DNA from: Octopus sinensis
Lineage: Eukaryota
Assembly (NCBI RefSeq): GCF_006345805.1
Contig: NC_043000.1
Coordinates: forward strand, 139,190,001 to 139,254,000
Length of the DNA: 64,000 bases
Direction: 5' to 3'
Below the pieces are notes generated by a model. That model had not been told where the DNA came from, ran no database searches, and saw nothing but the letters and a program-made list of their open reading frames with translations. This document shows, one piece after another, positions 1 through 12,009 of this stretch (position 1 is the stretch's first letter; each line of letters starts with the position of its first letter). The position numbers and the translations under genes were made by a program.

Positions 1-56
1 ATTAAGTTGTCAGATACTTAAGCGTCGAAACCTACAGGAGAGTCTAGTATTATTAT

Positions 57-323
57 TGTTCTTTTTTACTCAGGTTTTGATGGAACTCCTGGAGTCTTAT
101 ATGCATAGTGGGCTTGCTACCTGCAGCCTACAGAATGATGCTATCTGTTCTTTTCAAATATCTAATACTTTGCTGATTATTCTGGCCATGCCAACGAGGC
201 AAACCTTTGGTAACAGTTCTACTGGGAACTCTGTTCCAATTTCCTTTATATTCTTGATGCCTTCTGATACAGTCCCCAAGGACCAAACAACAATTGGCAC
301 TATCTTCACCTTCTTCATTTTAC
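57..323 (-). mobile_element. 3' fragment of an RLE-endonuclease non-LTR retrotransposon (R4/Dong-like)
   Basis: Minus 318-154 reads MKKVKIVPIVVWSLGTVSEGIKNIKEIGTEFPVELLPKVCLVGMARIISKVLDI*, the typical RLE C-terminus (IVP..G.LG...K..L.G.ARII.KVL). Followed by a short 3' UTR and flanked by (TAT)n on both sides. Confidence 0.75.
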
Positions 324-553
324 ATTATTATTATTATTGTAACTTTACTTGTACTGGTGCTGTTTAAAAAGCACCTAGTACACTTTGTAAAGTGGTTGGC
401 ATTAGGAAAGGCATCCAAATATAGAAGCCATATCAAAGCAGACTTAGGAGTATGATGCAGGACTCCTTCCTGATGGATCCTGCTAAGCTGTTAACCTCAT
501 ACTAGCATGTATACACATACACATATAAGTGTATACATATATATATATATATA

Positions 554-954
554 GGCGCAGGAGTGGCTGTGTGGTAAATAGCTTGCTTACCAACCACACA
601 GTTCCGGGTTCAGTCCCACTGTGTGGCACCTTGGGCAAGTGTCTTCTACTATAGCCTCGGGCCGACCAAAGCCTTGTGAGTGGAATTGGTAGACGGAAAC
701 TGAAAGAAGCCCGTCGTATATATATATATGTATATGTGTGTGTGTTTGTGTGTCTGTGTTTGTCTCCCCAACATCGCTTGACCACCGATGCTGGTGTGTT
801 TACGTCCCCATCACTTAGCGGTTCGGCAAAAGAGACCGATAGGATAAGACTAGGCTTACAAAGAATAAGTCCTGGGGTTAATTTGCTCGACTAAGAGGCA
901 GTGCTCCAGCATGGCCGCAGTCAAATGATTGAAACAAGTAAAAGCGTAAAAGAG
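554..954 (+). mobile_element. tRNA-derived SINE, family 1
   Basis: A box TGGCTGTGTGG, B box GGTTCAGTCCC, internal (TA)/(TG) tract, tail GAAACAAGTAAAAG. At least six near-identical copies in the window. Confidence 0.9.
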
Positions 955-1070
955 TATATATATATATATATATATAATTATTATTATTTCAGGGAATAAA
1001 ATCCAGACTTACAAGGAAAAAAATTCAATTTAGAAATACTAAATCAAATTTCACACAATGTAATATATAT

Positions 1071-1375
1071 ATATAAAAAATTAGAAAAAAAACACCTTCT
1101 ATCAATTCAAAATGAACAATTAAATTACACCATCAAGAAAATTACATATAATAGAAATATTAAAATTAAAATAACAATAAAATGTCAATGATTAAGTAAA
1201 TTACAAAAAAATAATAATAATAACGTATATAATTATATACATTTTTATTATTATTTTTTTGCAATTTAATCATTGACATCTTATTGTTATTTTATTTTTT
1301 ATATTTCTATTATATATATTTTTCTAGATGGTGTAATTTAATTGTTCATTTTGAATTGATAGGTGTTTTATTTTC

Positions 1376-1390
<15 letters not shown>
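1071..1390. repeat. AT-rich foldback palindrome in (TA)n
   Basis: Arms of about 155 bp are imperfect reverse complements (e.g. ATCAATTCAAAATGAACAATTAAATTACACCATC / GATGGTGTAATTTAATTGTTCATTTTGAATTGAT), centred at 1232/1233. Confidence 0.85.
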
Positions 1391-1427
<37 letters not shown>

Positions 1428-1429
1428 CA

Positions 1430-1645
1430 TGTAAACAAACGTGCTTTTTGTGGACTTTTTCTTTCTCTGGATTTTTCCTCCACCTCTTTCTGACAATGAG
1501 CTATGCTCGAAATGTTAAAAACTCAAATTTTTTCCACCTTTACTGAATATCAAGCTAGTATATTCCACGTGAATGTTCTCTTGTTCTTTTGTTATTTGTT
1601 ACTGTGTTCAATTGTTAATGTTCAACTTTTAATGTTTGATTTAAC
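1430..1645 (+). mobile_element. Degenerate PLE pseudo-LTR-like fragment with decayed HHR motif
   Basis: TCTTT-CTGACAAT-GAGC-TAT-GCTC-GAAATGTT at 1485-1516, flanked by (TA)n. Same layout as the pLTR motif at 39241-39278. Confidence 0.55.
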
Positions 1646-1662
1646 TATATATATATATATAT

Positions 1663-1842
1663 AGTCACTAAATCCACAAGTTTTTTATTGTTTCTCTGTT
1701 TATTTTCCCTTATTCCTTTCTGTTGAATAACGTAAACTCAAAACGTAAAAGACTTTCTCACTTTACCAAGCATCAAACTAATACACCTGCTTGTTGTTGA
1801 TACACCTGCCTTCGTCTTTTGTTTTTCTGTAAATTTCAATTA
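1663..1842 (+). mobile_element. Degenerate PLE pseudo-LTR fragment
   Basis: Shares CTTTCTGTTGAA...AAACGTAAAAGAC and CACCTGCCTTCGTCTTTTGT with the terminus at 39240-39378. Bounded by (TA)n. Confidence 0.65.
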
Positions 1843-2957
1843 TATATATATATATATCATATATCGTACATAATGTTATATATAATGCATACAAAAGAAA
1901 ATAGGTTTGTAAAGCAGTGCTAGGATATCCGAGTAGTATATATGTAATCTTCTACCATCTATATAAGCATTCACATACTGGCTTGCTTTCAGTAGTCGTC
2001 ATTTAGTGGGTGCCTTTGCGATTTCAGTCTCTGCAACAGATGAATTTTATCTAAATAATAAAGAGTAAAAATTAAGCTTCCTGAAAGCCAAGTTTGTTAG
2101 CTGAATATAGTGATTTAATTCACTTAACCTCATTGATGTTCTTGAACAAGAAGACTATGGCAAAAACCTAATTTTATATTTTACTCCTGATCCACTCTAA
2201 GAGCTATGTACAAAACGAATGGAAGAATTTGTTTGAGGAGAGTCTGTTTCAATCGCGAGACAATGATCTGAATTTAATTTCTGTACTTAATGGCATTGAC
2301 TAAAGTACTGGAAACTTCCAATGTAACAAATCCAAAGTCTGAGATGTTTATATAAACATGTTTATTGTCAGTCACTTGCGCAAAAATATAATTTGTAAAA
2401 TTCTCTTGAGGTGGTTTCTTTTTCTTTAATCGTTTTTCTTTTTCATCTTTTTCTTTTCATAAAGGATATGATAAGATCTAAAAGATGATAAGCTTAGATA
2501 TTCTAAACAGGCTCTTATTAATGTGACAAAAATATCTTTGAAAATTTAAAAACAATAACAACCGACTGGAAACATAATAATTGCATTAATGTGTGTTTAT
2601 TATATTGAAATATAAAGGGAAAAAATAAGAAAACAGAAAATGTAAAACAAAAGTTGTACATCATTAGCGTTTTCCTTTATTCCTAAACTAAATAATAATA
2701 ATAATAAAATTGAACCCAAAATATCTTACATATACATATCAATATCATCATCATTATCATGTATGTACACACTCACACACACGCATATATACCTATATGA
2801 ATATATATATATATATATTATATAGAGGGCATTACTATACATAAATGCCACACACTAGGAGAGACTCTTAAAGTCAAAACTACCAAAATAAATAAACACA
2901 TCGTACCGAATGTGAGGGAATGCAACTCTCAAAGCAAGCCATTTATAACAGAATTCA

Positions 2958-3019
2958 GCTGCAAATCATATGATTTCATAATTAGTGCAGTAATGCACTT
3001 TTTAATCATCAGTGCAAGC
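2958..3019 (-). ncRNA. Type I hammerhead ribozyme motif with long stem II
   Basis: Minus strand: GCTTGCA-CTGATGA-[TTAAAAAGTGCA TTAC TGCACTAATTAT]-GAAA-TCATATGA-TT-TGCAGC. Canonical core, palindromic stem III (ATCATATGAT), stem I TGCA/TGCA. Confidence 0.65.
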
Positions 3020-3099
3020 ATAATTCAAGATTTATAACGAATGAACAAAAATCAACATACCAGAATAACAACCAATGTGTGTGTGTACTTTGCATTTCA

Positions 3100-3254
3100 G
3101 TGAAAACTTTATTTACATTATTTACATTTGACATATTTGTCCTCATCTTGTTTGTTGTTAATACAATGTTTCAGCTGATATACCCCCCAGCCTTCATCAG
3201 GTGTCTTGGGGAAATTTCGAACCTGGGTTCTCGTTCCTAAGGTATTTTTTGATG

Positions 3255-3304
<50 letters not shown>

Positions 3305-3445
3305 GTTTAGGTCACTGGCTAGAATTAACCACTATGTCATATGCCCGCGGGCAACAAACAAGATGAGGACAAGTATTCGTCAAATGTAAGTAATGTAAAT
3401 AATGTAAATAATGTACATAATTCCTCATCTCTTAAATATAGAACA
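3100..3445 (-). mobile_element. PLE-type cassette: inverted arms plus HHR motif
   Basis: Minus 3205-3160 reads GACAC-CTGATGA-A-GGCTG..CAGCT-GAAACATTG. Inverted repeat about 3112-3157 / 3352-3410 (TTGTCCTCATCTTGTTTGTTG / CAACAAACAAGATGAGGACAA), then a short tail. Confidence 0.7.
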
Positions 3446-3622
3446 GTGAAAATTTTGTCTGAAACCACCAAATAACCACAAATATAGCAACAATTTCTGA
3501 TACAGGAAAATAATCCATTAAATCGATCCAGTACATCACTGATATTTATTTCATCCACCCTCAGATTAAGAAAAAGCATAAATGAATTTGGAGGAATTTG
3601 GATTTAGAATATAAAACAGACT

Positions 3623-4058
3623 TCATCATCATCATCGTAATTGTTTAATGTCTGCTTTCCATGCTAGCATGGGTTGGACGATTTTGACTGAGGGCTGGTG
3701 AACCAGATGGCTGCACCAGGCCCCAATCTGATCTGACAGAGTTTCTACAGCTGGATGCCTTTCCCAATGCCAACCACTCTGAGAGTGTAGTGAGTGTTTT
3801 TTACATGCCACTGGCACGGGGGCCAGTCAGGTGGTACTGGCAACGACCTCACTTGAATCTTTTTACGCATGCCAGCAGCACAGGTGCCAGTAAGGCAATG
3901 CTGGTAACGATCACGCTCGAACGGTGTCTTTCACGTGCCACTGGCATGGAAGCCAGTTAACCACTCCGGCAACGATCACACTCAGATGGTGCTCTTAGCA
4001 CTGTACTAGCACCAGCACAAATGCCATTAAGGCGACGCTGGTAACGATCACACTCGAT
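3623..4058 (-). mobile_element. RTE LINE 3' end with (GAT)n tail
   Basis: Same 3' UTR as 36778-37497 (GGCATCCAGCTGTAGAAAC...CCAACCCATGCTAGCATGGAAA) with roughly 57-bp internal repeats. Confidence 0.8.
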
Positions 4059-4552
4059 GTAGATTTTTCATCCAAATTGCTACTCAGTTATATCATTCAT
4101 CACCAGTAATACAATGAGGGTAATAATAAGAATTTAAAAAGCATTTTGATTTTGCTTTGAGCCACAATACTGGTCAGTTCTTTTTCTGTTGGAATTGTAG
4201 AATTATAGTTAGAAAGGAGGAACACGGCAAATTTCTATATAATGAATGGTTTTCGCATAAACAAATGTCATTATCTGTTTTAGAGCAGCAAATGTTCCAA
4301 ATTGGTCACTCTGAGTGTATCCACTCAATCATTATCGAAGCTATTCATGCTGTAGTTCAACAGTATTTGATACCTCTTGGGAAGAATCAGCATTTTTGGC
4401 AAGTTTCAAATGAAAAAAACAAAAAAGAAAAAATAACATCTGCAAAAATATTTTCATTATTATCATTTTTGCCATCGTTATTGTTATTTGCTAAAATTTG
4501 TTCCCATCATCACCATCCTAATTTTCGGTATCACTGTGTCCTCTCCATTCTC

Positions 4553-4559
4553 ATGATGT

Positions 4560-4606
<47 letters not shown>

Positions 4607-4770
4607 GTCGTAATCCTCCTCCTCCTCATCATCATCATCATCACAACCACCAACTCTAACACCACCACCAACACCACCACCACCATCACCACCATCACCA
4701 CCATCACCAACACCACCACCACCATCACCACCATCACCACCATCACCAACACCACCATCAATACTACCAT
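4553..4770. repeat. Compound trinucleotide microsatellite (GAT)n/(CAT)n/(CAC)n
   Basis: Directly visible. It explains the low-complexity ORFs at 4157-4834. Confidence 0.9.
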
Positions 4771-6446
4771 GAACCTCACAGTTTACTGCCATTGCCACCG
4801 CCGTCCTCAACATCAACTCTAGCAACACCCACACCAGCGCTGCAATCGTCCGTAATCACTGTTGTGATTAAATTATCATTATTGGAAACGTACCCTCCAA
4901 TCACTATCATCACCACCATGATCATTACCAAGTGTTCTCAGTATTGCTGACATCATCATCATCATTATCATATTAATTATATTTTTCGAATGGTAACAGC
5001 AGCAGCAGCACTTGCAGCAGCGACACCCAGTCATTAATATTTATGTTGAATTAGCAATGAAGATCTCCGATGTATCAACAACTCAGTTGTTTGAGCAATA
5101 AATTAACAAACTAATGCTTCTTAATTGTATTTCTGACACTGAAAAATTGTAATTCCTCTGGTCTGCTCTCCTTGTCATAGCTCACGCCTTCACCATCATC
5201 TGCTACTTCTCCCCTACTGCTACTGTTCGGAGAGGTTTCTTATCTTCTGACAACTGTTGCAGCTATTGCTCATGATTAATCTGTTGTGTGCATGAGATGC
5301 AATGTGACGGCATAATTAGAGGGGTCAGCGCGGACTAACTGATAATGTATTGAAATCAACAACGCAGGAAACTTCCACGGCTTTGACATCTCAGGAGGCA
5401 CTTGTCGACAGCATTAACCTTGGGTGTAGGTTAGTATAGGTCATGCTAGTGAATTAGTGTTGGTTACATTAGAAAATTAGTGTGTGTTTGTTTGTTTGTG
5501 TGTGTGTGTGCATGGTGTTTGTGTGCTTTTGTTTATGTATGTGTTGGACGTTTAATAATAATGTACAGTATTGGGATGAGTTGTTCTTTTTGTTGAATTC
5601 TACTTTAATTGAGTAGACCTATGATCAAAATTTTGCCAGCTGTGACCATCTCATTATTTTATTTCTAGAATAGATTACTCTATGCATCATTCTATTTTAA
5701 AGGTAGCAAGATGTGATTTCATAGAACTTTTGCTGCTGTTTTTAGAACTAGTGATCACTACTTCTCGTTGACTTATAGATAGTGTTGGTCACTTGTGTAA
5801 ACTGTTCTAATAATAAATATTGTAGCGTGTTTATGACAATGTTAATGAACTTTTAGCAGTCTAATGTAAATTAATTGTAAAATTTCAAATGGGATACAGT
5901 TCATAGTCTCAAGAATCAGAGACTTTTGCAACTCTTAAGTGTTTTATAAATATGTATTGCTGATCTGAATGGTCTTCAGTAGAGACATCATTTTCCTTTG
6001 GCCTGTATGTAATTGGACGAATACTTCATTTATAGAGCTTCTCATTGGGAAATATTGAAGAAGTGTGTGAGATTACAATGCATGAATCATAGAATCAAAT
6101 GTTGATATAGAATTTTGTCATTGTGATTTAGCCCTGGCTCAGCTCAGATCAAACAGGTCTGTAATATAAATAGCATTCCCATCATGATCATCTTGTGTTT
6201 ATTTATAAAATATATCTAGGACTATATAATTTAATTGCTTGCTTTAAAGGTAAAGAAGTTCTTAACAAGAGTTATTCTTAGCCCTAGCGAGTATAGGAAG
6301 GCTTGATCTGTAGTTTCATTTTCTATATATAAATATAACATTTGTATGGCTTATTTCCAACTCCCTTATATTTTAAGTAAAATCATGCTAGTAACACCCT
6401 TTGAAGTCATATTGGCACCATATATGATTGATGGGGGATGATGATA

Positions 6447-7012
6447 TTGGGTTGTCCAGAAAGTTTGTGCCAATTTATAGTAGCTTACCTTTCCACTTAT
6501 CTTAGAACATGGTTGAGTCCATAAAATAGGATTTTACTACACCTCCATATAGAGCACAGTTTAAGCTATCTTTTCGTGGAAAAAGATTTATGTTCCTATA
6601 ACCTGTGTTAATTCTGTGACCCTTTAAAATGGAAGATAAGAAAGTTCATTTTTGGTACTTGATGCTTTGGGAACAAGACAAAAATTGCTGCAGCTCAGCT
6701 GGGATGTGTTACCCCACCCTACATATTTACCAGATATTGCTCCTTCGGATTTCCAGTTATTCAGGTCTCAGCAGAATAATCTTAATGGTAAAAATTTCAA
6801 TTCCTTGGCTGACATAAAAAGATACCTTGATGAATTGTTTGCCATGAAACCACCTCAATTCTGGGAAGAGGGTATTTTCAAGTTAAAGGAAAGATGGAGA
6901 TGCATTGTGCTACAAAATGGTTCATATTTGGTTGATTAAAAATGTAATGGCAAGTATTTACTGACCTTTTTCTTTCCTTTAAAAATCAGCACAAACTTTC
7001 TGGACACCCCAA
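6447..7012 (+). mobile_element. Internally deleted mariner element
   Basis: TIRs TTGGGTTGTCCAGAAAGTTTGTGC / GCACAAACTTTCTGGACACCCCAA with TA on both sides. ORF 6652-6939 retains the transposase C-terminus WDVLPHPTYLPDIAPSDFQLF...GIFKLKERW (YSPDLAPSD motif). Confidence 0.92.
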
Positions 7013-7662
7013 TAATTTTCACAAACTGGTGCAGGAAATATAGAGACATTTTGAACCATCTTTTAATGGTTTGGAATTGTAAAAGTTGAGGAACTCTATT
7101 GCAGGGCATGAGATTTGAAGATTTTATAGTTAGTTTTAGTAGAACATATGACCACATAGAGGATTTTTCATTAGTTTGCTGACCTTTAATGTTATTGATG
7201 AGACAGTGTTAAGAGCTATATTTTGATATAATATCAAATTTCATGCCTCTAATCCATCTGTAGAAATTAATCCATCCTGTGCATATAAGAGACAAAGGTT
7301 TTCTAATTGGTTGTCACCAGCTTATTTTCAGTCTAATGAGACAAATAAAATTTATATGCATGCACGAAGACTGCTCACTATGGATTTGTTCAACATACTT
7401 GAAATCACAGCCTATCATCATAAAAGGAAAGAAAAACCATATTAGATTTCCCTAAAAATGGAGCGGGTAATTAATGTGCAGAATTCATTTGATCATGGCA
7501 GTTGACCTGGAGCTAGGCAATTACAATAAAAATTGGCAATCCAAAGCTATATTTTGACAGAATGAGAAGCATTTCAATGAAACAATTAAAAAATAAAAAT
7601 CAGCTGTAATTTGCCTCAGAAATTAAATGAGTGTTTGGAATTGCTGGAAACAGGTAAAGGGA

Positions 7663-7700
<38 letters not shown>

Positions 7701-7701
<1 letters not shown>

Positions 7702-7772
7702 CGCCTTTCGTGGAAGCTTTCGCCCGCTTCTTAGGACCGACTGACACGTGCTCGACCGCCGTTGGCACGGAA

Positions 7773-7775
<3 letters not shown>
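7701..7775. other. 75-bp GC/CpG-rich insert inside a (TA)n tract
   Basis: 47/75 G+C and 10 CpGs, with pure (TA)n on both sides. Confidence 0.8.
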
Positions 7776-7810
<35 letters not shown>

Positions 7811-8182
7811 GTATATATGTTTAGGATTGCAGCATTATATGGTGCATATTTGGTGCAATATAGAGATACACTGGATAAGGGTACATTTCAGAAAGTGCTT
7901 TAGATAAACAATAAAATTGTTTTCAGATATGAAATGAGTTGGAATACTAAACTTATATAAATAACACATTTCAGGCATATCAAACTAGTATAAACATGTC
8001 ATCTTTATCCATAATCACTTTAACATCCACTTCTCCATACGTACATGGGTCGAATTTTTATTGAGGCAAACTATCTATGACTGGATGCTCTTCCTGTTGC
8101 CAATCCAAATCTGTTTCCAGTGAACATACAATTTCTGAATACTAGATATATTCTTATAAGATATTGGAAATGATGATATCTG

Positions 8183-8410
8183 TTTCTTTATTACCCACAA
8201 GGGGCTAAATACAGAGGGGACAAACGAGGACAGAAATAGGTATTAAGTCGATTACATCGACCCCAGTCCGTAACTGGTACTTAATTTATCGACCCTGAAA
8301 GGATGAAAGGCAAAGTCGACCACGGCAGAATTTGAACTCACAATGTAACGCAGACAAAATACCGCTAAGCATTTCGCCTGGCGTGCTAACGTTTCTGCCA
8401 GCTCGCCGCC
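8183..8410 (-). mobile_element. SINE family 2
   Basis: Reverse complement of GGCGGCGAGCTGGCAGAAACGTTAGCACGCC...GTCGACTTTGCCTTTCATCCTTTC.GGGTCGATAAATTAAGTACCAG. Many copies in the window. Confidence 0.88.
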
Positions 8411-8539
8411 GATGATACCACTTGTACGACAGTGACACAAATACATGCACGCACACACACTCACACACAAACACACACACACACACACACACATGTGTGT
8501 GCGTGTTTGTGTGCATGAGGTGTGTTGATGTGTGATGTG

Positions 8540-8958
8540 TTCAAGAAGTTAAGTGGAAGGGATCTTCAGCCACGTGACACGTAAAAAGCCCTATCCGAAC
8601 ATGATAGATGCCAGGACAGCCTGACTGGTCCCCATGCGGGAGGCATGTAAAAAGCACCTTCCAAATGTGGCCAATGCCAGTACCCACTGGCTGGCTCCCA
8701 TGCTGGTGGCACATAAAAAGCTGTATCCAAATGTGATCGATGCCAAGCCCGCCTGACTGGCTTCTGTGCTGGTGGCACTTAAAAAGCACCCACTACATGC
8801 TTGGAGCGGTTGGCTTTAGAAAGGGCATCCAGCCGTAGAAACATTGCCAGATCAGATTAGAGCCTGGTGCAGCTGCTGGATCTCCAGACCTCAGTCAAAC
8901 CGTCCAACCCATGCCAGCATGGAAAACAGATGTTAAACGATGATGATGATGATGATGA
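8540..8958 (+). mobile_element. RTE LINE 3' end with (GAT)n tail
   Basis: Internal TGGCA.GTAAAAAGCACC repeats, conserved 3' UTR and GTTAAACGATGATGAT tail. Confidence 0.82.
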
Positions 8959-9069
8959 TTTTGTCCACCACCTTTTAAAATTTTTGCTTCTGTTGTAATC
9001 TCTCACATCGTTCAACTGTGTGCCTCATTCCTCTCATTCTAATAAGGCTATTTTACCTATCTGTTTATA

Positions 9070-9449
9070 CCTTTATATATAAAAGTAAGGTTGTGTGTCT
9101 GTCTCCTACGATTTAGATTCCTAACTACTCCCACATTTTGTGGTGCAGTTTATAGTCATGATTCATATCGAGCCCTTCTGGGTATTAGCGCGCGTCTACG
9201 ATGAGGCTACGATTTAAAAAAAAATTTACCATCATTTTTTTCCATTTTAATGCATTATTTCGCTATTATATAAGGGAAGTAACTCTCTAAAAATGTCTAC
9301 GATGAGTCAACGATTTAAAAAAAAATTTACCATCATTTTTTTCCCATTTTTAATGCATTTATTTGCTATTTTTTTGGCTATAACTCTCTAAAAATGCTTA
9401 TAGAGTTATTTCCCTTACAAACCCGAGCAACGCCGGGCGATACTGCTAG
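9070..9449 (+). mobile_element. Non-autonomous Helitron
   Basis: 5' CCTTTATATATAAAAG, 3' hairpin CCCGAGCAACGCCGGG followed by CTAG|T. Internal duplication of about 100 bp. Confidence 0.8.
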
Positions 9450-10544
9450 TACATATATATAAATGCATGTGTGATTTTGTGCATATATAGTCTTTTCTGT
9501 AAGCGAATTTCTGCTAATTGTGATGTTGCACAGAAACACCACATACATTGTCTATTGTCATATGGACCGGTGTAGCTTTGTAAAACATCCACTTTACAGC
9601 TGTGTGATCCCTTTGAGAAGTATATGAAAACAATTGTGAATATGTGTTTTATATATTTTACACACACACACACACATACACACATATGGGTCTGTGTGTA
9701 TTCATGTGTGCATGTATATATATGTGTATGCTTATGTTTTATATTGCTTTATACTTTCAGGTGTGTATCTGTGATTGACTGTTACTGAATCGTTGCAATA
9801 CTTATTTCTCTAACATAACACAGATAAATAGCTTAAGGTTCTTGGAACTGCTTCTTGCTTTTTTTTTTATATATTTTTGCTGATTTTTTAAATTTATTTT
9901 TACTTACTTCTTGTTATTATTTTCACTTTCTTATTATTATGAAATAAGGAAATAGGAGAATATTTCGAAAACGAATTCTTTACGAAAAGGAAATAACTTT
10001 GTAGCCACAATTTTACACACTTGTACACTCAATTATTGATTTGCTTGGTTTATTCAAATTTCCGCTTCCGAACGGAAGACTTTTCAATGAAAATCTCCTT
10101 ACAGGAAGTGGAAAATCTTTATAAATTTTCCAAATCTATAAAGTGACTGTAATGGAGTATAGAATTATGGTAGCAAAGCTAACATCCATTTTATATCAAG
10201 TATTGTTCAACTGGTCATAGTTTTGGAGTGTTTATTTTTGTGCTTACTTTTATATTCTTTTTTTTATATTACATTTATTAATTTTCTTCTTCTAAATTTT
10301 ATTCTCAGGATCAAATATGATTTAAGTTAAATTTCATTACAACAACAACCTTTTTGTTTTAGCTTCATTCATATCTTGGTGTTTTAATGCAGTACATTTC
10401 CTCATTTTCAAAGAATATTAAAACTGCTAGAAAAGATAACAAGAGGAACACCAGCAGCAAAATAAAATTGATTTGTATGAAAACATGTATATTGTATGAA
10501 CACAAACACACATGCACACACACGTGCACATACACACATACACA

Positions 10545-10586
<42 letters not shown>

Positions 10587-11139
10587 CTCTCTCACTCACA
10601 CACACACACTGTCTATCACTCACATACTCATACACTCACACACACATTCATACACTCACACACACATATACTGTTAATGGGAAATTTGTGCCAATATCCA
10701 TATGTTTGTGTATAAATGTGTGTGCATGTATTTGTATATATGTGTCTGATAAAACAATAAAATTTTACAAATGGGTAGTAATTTATAAAAGTTACAAACT
10801 CCAAAGTTTGAGATAAGAATTAAATGATTTAGAAGTGTTGAGTATTTCTTTCTTAAGCTTTTTCTGAAAAGTTTACTTTGGAAGAATGCTGCAATCGGAA
10901 ATGACTTGAGTTGCTTTAATATATTACTTAAGCTTATTTGAAATCACCAAGGGAATATTTACGTGCTCACTTGTTCTGTTGGAAATATTAACCAGATTAC
11001 TGCTCATTGCTTGCATTTTACAACTTGTTCTCTTAGATATGTAAGGGTAGGAAAAGAGTAAAGATAAGATATAGCAATCCACTTTCAGTCATGTCCCTCT
11101 TCGTGCCTGAAGGTCTTTGGTTGTACTGCTGGTTTGTTA

Positions 11140-11364
11140 ACTCTATCATGCTTTCAAATGCTGAGTGAATGTTCGATCAGTTTTGATACTAACTTTTACC
11201 ACCTGTGTAGGTTGGAGTAATAAGTAGTAAAGTTAAGGCTAAGAACAAAACTCTATCACACAATCAAATGCTGGATGAATGTTTGATCAGTTTTGATACT
11301 AACTTTTGCCACCTGTGTAGGTTGGAGTAATAAGTAGTAAAGTGCTTTGGCTAAGAACAAAACT
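11140..11364. repeat. Tandem duplication of about 110 bp
   Basis: GATCAGTTTTGATACTAACTTTT.CCACCTGTGTAGGTTGGAGTAATAAGTAGTAAAGT..GGCTAAGAACAAAACT occurs twice in tandem. Confidence 0.85.
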
Positions 11365-12009
11365 TGCCTACCAGACCAGAAATCAAACCCAAAACCTTAT
11401 AATCAAGAGCTTAGTTGCTAACCTATTGGCCATATTCTTTTTCAAAAATGTAAGGCTGCATTCAATCAAGTAAGATTTCTTTTTCAAAACGAAGCACTAG
11501 ATGGGTTTGTCATGGCTAGAATGTCATGGACCTGCATGACTAGGGCTAGTCTGGTATTTAACGGCAACAACTTGTTTATTTTAAAAAAAACAATCAGGTG
11601 TAAGTTAAAGTTTAATGCAGCCAATTTTGAAATCTGAACTAAACACTACATGGTTTGTAATGTATACGCCAATTGTAACCAGTGACTTTTATTATTAAGA
11701 TTTATCAAGAAGATGAGCTGGTAGAATTGTTAGGACATTGGACAAAACACTTAGTGGCATTCCTTCCAGTTCTTTATGCTCTACCTTCAAATTCAGTTGA
11801 CTTTGTCTGCCCCCTTTCAGGATCAATAAAATTAGTACCAGTTGAACGATGGGAGTCAATGTTATTTACTAACACTTACCATTTTAAATTATTGGTTTTC
11901 TGCCACAAATTAAAACCATTATTTAGATTTATTATTTCTAATTAAAACCATTATTTAGATTTATTATATCAACAACAGAAACATTATAAAAATGTATGAA
12001 TGTTCTGTA

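Noticed and set aside
554-630. tRNA-like sequences at SINE heads (also 47272 and 34018)
   Set aside because: They have A/B boxes but no complete cloverleaf, and they continue into SINE bodies. Not tRNA genes.
4157-4834. ORFs of 221, 116 and 82 aa with poly-M/T/H/G/D runs
   Set aside because: They are open only because of trinucleotide microsatellites. No domain motif and no convincing splice context.
5410-5448. Short hairpin AGCATTAACCT...AGGTCATGCT as a possible miRNA
   Set aside because: The stem is too short and interrupted for a pre-miRNA, and I recognise no mature sequence.
10060-10112. Cluster of ETS-like sites (CTTCCG, CGGAAG, CAGGAAGT)
   Set aside because: These short motifs can arise by chance, and there is no other promoter evidence.
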